Source: Octopus sinensis
Lineage: Eukaryota
Reading direction: 5' to 3'
Assembly: GCF_006345805.1 (NCBI RefSeq)
Contig: NW_021828832.1
Span: 1 to 7,555, forward strand
DNA: 7,555 bases
The notes under the pieces were generated by a model. It made no database searches. It saw nothing but the letters and a program-made list of their open reading frames with translations, and was not told the DNA's origin. Shown piece after piece: positions 1-6,814 of this stretch. Positions within the stretch are counted from its first letter, which is position 1. Each line of letters starts with the position of its first letter. Both the position numbers and the translations under genes were made by a program.

Positions 1-164
1 AATAACAGCCAAACCTCCCTCGCCTTACCATCATGAGAAAGGTAAGATTCCATGGGATAATGGACTCGTAGAAAAAACTGCCTCAATAACAAGGATTATG
101 TTTGGACCATCTTTGATCATAATTCTACAAGATCAGGATTGACCTGGAGTTAAATAGCAGCATC
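1..164 (+). mobile_element. 3' part of a diverged retroposon/SINE-like interspersed repeat (cut by the window edge), with a degenerate (AAC)n-type tail
   Basis: Aligns by eye with 4473-4650: CCTTACCATCATGAGAAAGGTAAGATTCCATGGGA (23-57) vs CCCCACCGTCTTACGAAAGGAAGAACACATCGGA (4501-4534). The end GATCAGGATTGACCTGGAGTTAAATAGCAGCATC corresponds to ACCCAGGGCCAATTAAAGTTTAACAACAACAAC. Family not assigned. Confidence 0.6.
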
Positions 165-451
165 GCTGTTTTTCCTGTACTCCCCAATAAAACTAAATTT
201 CTTCGTTTAAAGGCCACATCCTGAAGAAATCGACTTTGATTTTCGGAGCCCCCAATCCTACATCAAACCGAAAAAACCCTTCCAACAAGCAGCAGAAACC
301 TCCGATTGAGCTGATCCACCACCCGCCACTGATTTTACAGTATTTCACTTTAGTGAAGCGTCTTCATTTTGTCTTTGATAAAATCCTTAGTAAATCGACA
401 TATTGCACCTCTCACTCGCAGCGTTCACCATATCTGTAGTTCAGTAGTAAT

Positions 452-772
452 TGAATACGCCTGGTTTAATAGTTAGGGTATTCGGATTACGGTCGTAACG
501 TTGTGAGTTCGATTCTCGGCGGCGCGTTGTATCCTTGAGCAAGACATTTTATCTCACGTTCCTCCAGGCCACTCAGCTGACAAACATTAGTAGTATCTGC
601 AATTCAAAAGGGCCGGTCTTGTCACATTCTGTGTCACACTGAATCTCTTTGAGAACTACGCTAAGGGTAAATGTGATTGTGGAGTACTCTGCCACATGCA
701 TGTAAATTTCACAAGCAGGCTGTTCTGTTGGTCAGATCAACAGGAAGCCTCATTGTCGTAACCGACAGAATG
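452..772 (+). mobile_element. tRNA-derived SINE with CORE-like central domain (octopus OR-type SINE-like), diverged full-length copy
   Basis: Degenerate A box TGGTTTAATAG (462-472), B box GTTCGATTC (507-515), then TGTATCCTTGAGCAAGACATTTTA, resembling the CORE-SINE domain (MIR core TGTGACCTTGGGCAAGTTACTTAA). Colinear over about 310 bp with the reverse complement of 2846-3154, roughly 70-75% identity by eye. Confidence 0.9.
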
Positions 773-1077
773 TCGGTTATCCCGTAGTAAAGGAGCAGCT
801 GTCGCTCCTTTAAAGGGGCCGAGATCAAAATGAGATTTTGGAGGGGAATTAATAATAACTGTTGTTAATAATAAGATGATCCAAGTGAATCCCAAAACAC
901 AGTATTCAGTGATAAAAAAAATGTTAATAATTGAAAAAAAAGAAAGTTGTCTGTGCCACCTTGTTGAAAAACTTCCAGAAGAGAAGAGAGGATGCGAAAT
1001 GTTATAGAATTCTAGCGAATTTTCGCTTGGCCTCACGCGATTCCTGTTATTTTAGGAAAATACACGAAATTTATTCA

Positions 1078-1221
1078 TGTGGTGTGTGTGTGTGTGTTTA
1101 TGTATGTCTGTATGTATGTCTGTATACGTATGTGTGTGTAGATATATGTATGTATAGGCATGTATGTATGAGTGAATGCGTGTATCTATCTATCTATCTG
1201 TCCATTTATCTATACACATCT

Positions 1222-1278
<57 letters not shown>

Positions 1279-1462
1279 CAAGGAAAAATTATATATTTTA
1301 TAAATTATAAATTATATATATATTTATATATATTATATATATAGTATATATATATATATATATATATATAAGTTATTACATGTATATACAACACATACAT
1401 ACATACATAAATATATATATATATAATACATATATACATACATATATATATATATATATACA

Positions 1463-1496
<34 letters not shown>

Positions 1497-1616
1497 CATA
1501 CATACATACATACATATATATACACACACACATATATATGTATGCATATATGTATGTATACTTATAGATACATAATCAGGCAAACATTTTCACACACACA
1601 CACACACACACACACA
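1078..1616. repeat. Compound microsatellite: (GT)n, (TATG)n, (TATC)n, (AC)n, (TA)n, (CATA)n, (CA)n
   Basis: (GT)n 1082-1097, (AC)n 1222-1240, (TA)n 1241-1276 and 1345-1370, (CATA)n 1461-1492, (CA)n 1591-1616, with degenerate linkers. Confidence 0.97.
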
Positions 1617-1953
1617 AGCGTTAACACACATCCATTCACTCCCTCATACATTCACATCCGTCATTGAAAAAATTTAGAAATTTCAATCAGTTTTCCTACG
1701 ATGTCTCCACCAAACACAGCGATTGTCGCCTCTAAATTCAACCCCACATTTATACATTGAATGCCTAATAGGAATGGTAACTTATTATATACATCTATAC
1801 AGCAGAAACGGCCTTATTAAGATATGATTGGTTATAAATACCTGCTTGACAGACACTTGAAATATAAAGTCTATTTTTAAACAAGGCTTTTGTACGGTGA
1901 AATTGGCGATAAATGGAGTTGCTTATTTCGTCTTTGTGAGGAAGGCCTTTTTC

Positions 1954-1971
1954 TTCCCAGCATGCCTAGCG
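1954..1971 (+). promoter_or_regulatory. Staf/ZNF143-binding-site-like motif (SBS)
   Basis: TTCCCAGCATGCCTAGCG matches the 18-bp Staf/ZNF143 consensus (YYCCCANNATGCMYYGCG) at 17 of 18 positions and lies in a locally CpG-rich patch. Confidence 0.6.
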
Positions 1972-1994
1972 GCGCTACGTTGACATAAAGATAG

Positions 1995-2010
1995 AAACAT
2001 GGCGGTGGGT
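1995..2010 (+). promoter_or_regulatory. YY1 motif overlapping a candidate start codon (ATG GCG) and a 5' splice site
   Basis: AAACATGGCGG (1995-2005) fits YY1 AANATGGCG. ATG at 1999-2001 has A at -3 and G at +4 (strong Kozak), and GCG|GTGGGT (2005-2010) is a plausible donor. Unspliced, the frame reads MAVGGYMADIFGNVFY* only. Confidence 0.5.
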
Positions 2011-2120
2011 GGTTATATGGCCGACATATTTGGAAATGTGTTTTACTAACTTTGTCACACTTTTATTGTTTAATTTCTCATTTTTATGTCGTCTTTTGTT
2101 TTTTTACACATTCACCAAAA

Positions 2121-2283
2121 TCACGACCGCCGCCGCAGCCACCTCCATCACCACTTTTACTATCACCACTACGGCTGCTAATACCACCACTACCACGACG
2201 CCATCATCACTACCACCACCATCATCACCATCATTATTACCAAACCACCACCAACAACAACAACAACAACACTACCACAATCA
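2121..2283. repeat. Compound trinucleotide microsatellite (CCG/ACC/ACT/ATC/AAC)n
   Basis: Runs of CGC/CAC/TAC/CAT ending in (CAA)n at 2252-2270; source of the poly-T/P/H/Q/N tracts in ORFs 2009-2317 and 2052-2294. Confidence 0.93.
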
Positions 2284-2460
2284 ATATAAAATAAACCTCT
2301 GCCAATTACCCGGATAAATGTGATCGATTCCACGCTTTTACAAAAATATCTGATTCTGCATTAAAGTGATATTGTAAATATTTGCACCTGGGTTTCGAAC
2401 TTCAGTTTAGGCAGAGAAGTTTGTTATGTGCCCGTGAGGGTGGTACAATGTGGTGTAGAA

Positions 2461-2550
2461 CTGACGGAATATAGCGGAATAGAGCGGAATAAAGCAGGAG
2501 AGGGTGGGATATGACGGAATATGACGGAATATGATAGAATATGACAGATG
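2461..2550. repeat. 10-bp tandem repeat, consensus ATGACGGAAT, about 9 units
   Basis: CTGACGGAAT ATAGCGGAAT AGAGCGGAAT AAAGCAGGAG AGGGTGGGAT ATGACGGAAT ATGACGGAAT ATGATAGAAT ATGACAGATG in exact 10-bp register. Confidence 0.88.
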
Positions 2551-2627
2551 AAGTGTCTCTTGTTTAATATCACCTGAGTGGGGAGTGATGATAAATCCAT
2601 CAATCACAGCGCTACCTTAAACGGGAC

Positions 2628-2783
2628 CACACACACATACGCACACATACACGCACACGCACACACACATACACACGCATATATTTATACATAACATCTA
2701 TATACATATACATATATATATGTACACACTCATAAAAATATATATATATAATAATATAGTACTTATATATCATATATATATAC

Positions 2784-2845
<62 letters not shown>
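2628..2845. repeat. Compound microsatellite (CA/CG)n then (TA)n
   Basis: CACACACATACGCAC... grading into long (TA)n tracts that abut the SINE at 2846. Confidence 0.96.
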
Positions 2846-3154
2846 GGAGCACTCTGTCGGTTACGACGACGAGGGTCCCAGCTGATACGATCAACGGAAC
2901 AGCTTGCTCGTGAGATTAACGAGCAAGTGGCTGAGCACTCCACAGACACGTGTATCCTTAACATAGTTCTCATGGAAATTCAGCGTGGCACAGAGTGTGA
3001 CAAGGCTGGCCCCTTTGAAATACAGGCACTACTCATTTTTGCCAGCTGAATGGACTGAAGTAAAGTGTCTTGCTCAAGGACACAACGCGTCACCGGGAAC
3101 TGAACTCGCGCCCTTACGATCGTGATGCCCAACCACTAAGCCACGCGCCTTCAC
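2846..3154 (-). mobile_element. tRNA-derived CORE-like SINE, same family as 452-772, better-preserved copy with two short internal deletions
   Basis: Minus strand starts GTGAAGGCGCGTGGCTTAGTGGTT (A box at 3133-3143), degenerate B box GAGTTCAGTTCCC (3095-3107), CORE-like TGTGTCCTTGAGCAAGACACTTTA, and ends GTCGTCGTAACCGACAGAGTGCTCC. Lacks about 6 bp near 3125 and about 9-10 bp near 3058 relative to copy 452-772. Confidence 0.93.
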
Positions 3155-3169
3155 TATATATATATATAT
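3155..3169. repeat. (TA)n microsatellite
   Basis: TATATATATATATAT directly flanking the SINE 5' end. Confidence 0.9.
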
Positions 3170-3993
3170 GCATGTGTCTTTTAAGAGACATAACTTGATG
3201 ACGTCAATCTGTATTCCAGCTATGATTGGCTGTTAGGTTCACCGTGAGAGGTTCTCCTGTTTTTTGATTGGTTATATCTATAATCTTGCTGGTTGTCTAC
3301 AAACTTTGCGCACCCATTAAGCAGTGTGGAGTGAAGAAGGAGTGGGTTAGTCTCCGACCACTCGACCTTGAGACAAGTTTTGCTGGCTTCCATGGTATTA
3401 GTGGTATGTACAACCTGCGTTGATAGTAACGTCATACCTTCATAGCGGTAAATATAGGTTTGTTTGATTTGATAAAGTTAAACATCTTATTTTCCACAAA
3501 TCTTACGTAATATAGTTAGCAAGTGTTGGTGCCTAAGAGGAGAGTATTGGAACTACTTCAGGTTGAATGTAAACATTTTAACATTTTGAAAGATAAAGAT
3601 GAATGTTGGGGGTGGAATTAGTGTAGGAGGATGACAAACATGTCATTCGTTCGTATCTTGGGTGATTTAAACAAAATTAACAGAAATATTTCGTGAAAGT
3701 AATCATAGCGCTGGTTACAGTGGAAGTTAGGCCAAAAAGGATTATAACTCATTCCCTTAACTCAAATTCTGGATACCCCCTCTGAATAAACACTCGGCAT
3801 TGATAAGGCACCGCGACTCTTCATTCAAAACAATTAGGCATGCATGCAGAAAACTATAATGAACTTTTCAATTGATAAGAAATCAGTTTCAATGAATTAT
3901 AGAAATAAACGACTTTTGTTTTAAAGAGCAGATACAAGAGCTGAGAAGTCCGGCCATATCTTTTACTCTTCGTAACATAACAACAAAGATATT

Positions 3994-4035
3994 ATAACAA
4001 CAACAGCTGGAGAGAGAGAGAGAGAGGAGGAGGAG
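3994..4035. repeat. Short (AAC)n, (GA)n and (GAG)n simple repeats
   Basis: ATAACAACAACAGCTGGAGAGAGAGAGAGAGAGGAGGAGGAG. Confidence 0.85.
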
Positions 4036-4472
4036 AAACACATTCTTGAAATGGATAAAACATGATAGTTCTGTTATGGAGAAAATACTTCCTTGAAAAT
4101 AAAGGAATATGGTAGAAGCAGAGTGAAGAATTGCTTCCTTGAAATGGATAAAAACAAATTAGTGAGAAAAAGCAGAGATTGTTTTCAAAACGTCTGTTTT
4201 TAAAACGATTGTCTGTTGCTATTTTGATAGAATTAGATTTCATACAATTCGTATATTTTCTTTGGTAATTCTATCTAGATTGTTCGACGTTACAGAGCCA
4301 GATGATTAAACAAACAGCAGAATGTTAGTCTGTAAGATAACGAAACTATCCCGCAGACGAGAATTGGTTTGTGATGGATGTTGTTTGGCGGCCGCGTAGA
4401 TTTAGAGTTCAACATGGATAATTTCTGAGACAGCCGTTTAGTAAGTCGAACTATCGTGGGAAGGCTCCCCTC

Positions 4473-4650
4473 ATAGGCAAATCGATCTCAAATCACACAC
4501 CCCCACCGTCTTACGAAAGGAAGAACACATCGGATTGTAGAATCCAAGATACTTTATACCTGAAGAGAAAGAGAACGGTCATAGCTTGAACTCTCTCCTC
4601 ACCCAGGGCCAATTAAAGTTTAACAACAACAACACAACAACAACAACAAT
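4473..4650 (+). mobile_element. Diverged retroposon/SINE-like repeat 3' region with (AAC)n tail; 5' boundary uncertain
   Basis: Similarity to 1-164 (see that entry) and a terminal (AAC)n tract at 4622-4650. Simple-repeat tails are typical of SINEs/LINEs. Confidence 0.6.
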
Positions 4651-4783
4651 AATAAAAATTTGAACAGCACTGGGTTGACGCTTATATTTATTTCAAGGAA
4701 TATTGTTTATTTTCCTTCGTGTATCCGGCGTGCCATTGCTGATTCGTGCGGTGGTTTGTCTTTACTGTTCTTGGAAGATACGA

Positions 4784-5103
4784 GGTAGACAGAAGTACAA
4801 GGTATACATAAGTACAAGGTAGACATAAGTACAAAGTAGACAGGAGTACACAAGAGATAGAAGTACGCGGTAGAGAGATGTACAAAGCAAAGAGAAGTAC
4901 ACGATATATATAAGTACGCGATAGGGAGAAGTACTAAGTAGACAGTATACGATTGATAGAAGTACACGGTAGATAGAAGTCCGAGGTAGATAGACGTATA
5001 GGGTAGATAGAAGTACAGGGTAGATAGAAGTACAGAGTAGATAAAAGTACAGGGTAGATAGAAAAACGTGGTATATGAGAGCACATGGTTTGAGGAAGTA
5101 GAT
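4784..5103. repeat. 17-bp minisatellite, consensus GGTAGATAGAAGTACAG, about 19 units
   Basis: Nine 17-bp units 4784-4936, one 14-bp unit 4937-4950, then 17-bp units from 4951 that become degenerate after 5069. Perfect GGTAGATAGAAGTACAG at 5002-5018 and 5019-5035. Confidence 0.95.
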
Positions 5104-5519
5104 TTATATGGCGTTAGAAAGTACAAAGGTTTAAATTATAAGAAGTTAAAAGATACAAAGAAATACAATTATTTAGATGTACCAATAAACGAAATATAAA
5201 GGTCGATGGTACCCTGCATCAGGAAATTCATAAAGGAAAAGGGTCAAATGGTGGAGGTGGCAGGGTGCTCAAAATTTGTTTTTATCCTTTGAGCCCCGTA
5301 TAAACCTGAATGGAAATTTAACATGATCATAATTACTGGTAATTAGGTATACGTCAATTAAACGCCGTTTGTGTGTGTGTTTGTGTGTAAACCAATGAGT
5401 CATCTAATGACGTATCAATAAAAACAGTCTTCGAAAGCATTCGGTTGTTTTGCTGATTTCTCAAAGACATTTTGTATTATGTAACTCAGGAGAACGGGGA
5501 GCAACATTGCTGCCCATGT

Positions 5520-5521
<2 letters not shown>

Positions 5522-5550
<29 letters not shown>

Positions 5551-5767
5551 CATGTGTGTGTATGTGTGTGTGTGTGTGTGTGTGCATGTGTATCTGTCGC
5601 CAGCATGTGTGTAAACATACAAATATGCATACGCACAAACACACACATACACACACACACACACTCTCACAAATGTATGTATATACGTATGAACGTACAT
5701 ATATAATACATACAGAGAGACAGACAGACAGACAGGCAGAAAGACTGACACACACACACAGACACAC

Positions 5768-5800
<33 letters not shown>
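5522..5800. repeat. Compound microsatellite (GT)n ... (CA)n, (GACA)n, (CA)n
   Basis: (GT)n-rich 5522-5612, CA-rich 5634-5670, (GACA)n around 5718-5737, (CA)n 5749-5800. Confidence 0.97.
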
Positions 5801-5802
<2 letters not shown>

Positions 5803-6035
5803 ATGTGAGTACATATATCAATCACAAAAATACAATGTGTTCTTTCTTTTCCCTCTCGCTGCGCGCCTTCAAAAGCCGCTTAGGTGAACTGTGATTCATC
5901 CAACCTGTTTTCCTAAGCGACCTCCAAAATAGATTCGAGTAAGGTGAGACGAAAGAGCAAGATACATCCTCTCGTATGTCATCAGCATATGTTTCTCCAC
6001 ACACCGGAATTTCAATGACAGCTGACTGCTTGATG

Positions 6036-6106
6036 CAACAACAACAACAACACACACTCACACACACAGACGATAATATACACGCATGCACATGTAATAC
6101 ACACAC
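6036..6106. repeat. (CAA)n followed by degenerate (CA)n
   Basis: CAACAACAACAACAACACACACTCACACACACAG... Confidence 0.85.
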
Positions 6107-6580
6107 TTTAACAGATCGTCTGCCACAGCTCTGACATTTTCATTGAGTTTCATTGTATTTTCTTTCCTTCAACTGTTTAATCTAGCGAAATATTTCTCTC
6201 GTTGGTTTTGTTTGCAACTGTTTAATTTAGAGGGAAGAAAATGGAAGAAAAATATGGAAGACACTCAAATAAACATAAATAAGCTCGCTTACGTAATCGA
6301 ACAGTGGTGACTGAATGAACTTTGCTTGCTTTCGTCTTCTGTAATGAGAACCGCTTATGTAATGGAAATCATATGAAGAAACTCTTGTTCAATGTACGCA
6401 GAGAGCTTCACAGTTAAGAATGCAAGAAGTTTAGAAGTAGAAGATAGTCAGGGAAAGAGAAAACTATAAGTTTAATCGATATTTCCAGGCCTTCTCCCAT
6501 ATTGGTGAGATTGATATGGCGGATGCTCAATTCGACCTTCTGCGTGTCGACATTTGTGGGAGATATCTTTGGTGTTGCGG

Positions 6581-6814
6581 TGGACGGGACACCAGTCCAT
6601 CGCAGCGTTACTCAAGAAACAGGAAGAAGGAGTGAGAGAAAGTTCGGGTAAAAGAGTACAACAGGGGTCGCCATCCACCCCCCTTGCTGGAGCCTCGTGG
6701 AGCTTTTAGGTGTTTTCGCTCAATAAACACACACAACGCTCGGTCTGGGAATCGAAACGACGATCCTCCGACCGCGAGTCCGCTGCCCTAACCACCGGGC
6801 CATTGAGCCTCCAC
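6581..6814 (-). mobile_element. tRNA(Arg)-like-headed SINE of a second, related family (octopus OR-type-like), probably 3'-truncated
   Basis: Minus strand GTGGAGGCTCAATGGCCCGGTGGTTAGGGCAGCGGACTCGCGGTCGGAGGATCGTCGTTTCGATTCCCAGACC: A box at 6792-6802, B box GTTTCGATTCC at 6748-6758, anticodon-like TCG. Followed by a CORE-like stretch and GCGATGGACTGGTGTCCCGTCCA (6581-6603), a motif recalled from V-/CORE-type SINE bodies. Confidence 0.85.

Noticed and set aside
207-813. TTAA-AGG ... CCT-TTAA as ends of a TTAA-targeting MITE enclosing the SINE
   Set aside because: Inverted-repeat match beyond TTAAAGG is too weak to call.
236-1036. ORFs 236-439 (+) and 737-1036 (-)
   Set aside because: Short, with no recognisable domain or convincing splice context; the second overlaps the SINE end and AT-rich sequence.
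931-1667. ORFs 931-1344, 1305-1583, 1333-1533, 1380-1667
   Set aside because: Translations of TA/CA/TATG microsatellites (YI, HT, VC, MYVC repeats), which lack stops by composition.
2720-3049. ORFs 2720-3049 and 2770-2973
   Set aside because: (TA)n fused to SINE sequence; not protein-coding.
3220-3435. 71-aa minus-strand ORF, and a + strand acceptor-like TTCCAG at 3214-3219
   Set aside because: No recognisable homology; all three + frames after the acceptor stop within about 30 nt.
4688-5126. Minus-strand ORFs over the 17-bp repeat, and a CRISPR-like reading of the array
   Set aside because: Units are contiguous with no unique spacers, there are no cas genes, and the context is eukaryotic; the ORFs are minisatellite artefacts.
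5415-5894. Five overlapping ORFs with (CV)n/(HT)n tracts
   Set aside because: Dinucleotide repeat translations.
5875-5921. Hairpin CGCTTAGG...CCTAAGCG as possible pre-miRNA, and nearby AG/GTGAGA sites as a microexon
   Set aside because: The stem is only about 12-14 bp and the flanks do not pair. Longer exon candidates have stops in all frames, and the 26-nt option has no support.
5978-5989. YADD tetrapeptide in ORF 5822-6106 (reverse-transcriptase catalytic motif)
   Set aside because: Context ETYADDIRED lacks the flanking hydrophobic beta-strands and there is no upstream QG/SP motif; most likely chance. A tblastx or HMM search against RT profiles would settle it.
6740-6814. SINE heads (also 452-520 and 3090-3154) as genuine tRNA genes
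   Set aside because: No intact acceptor stem or T-run terminator, and each continues directly into SINE body sequence.
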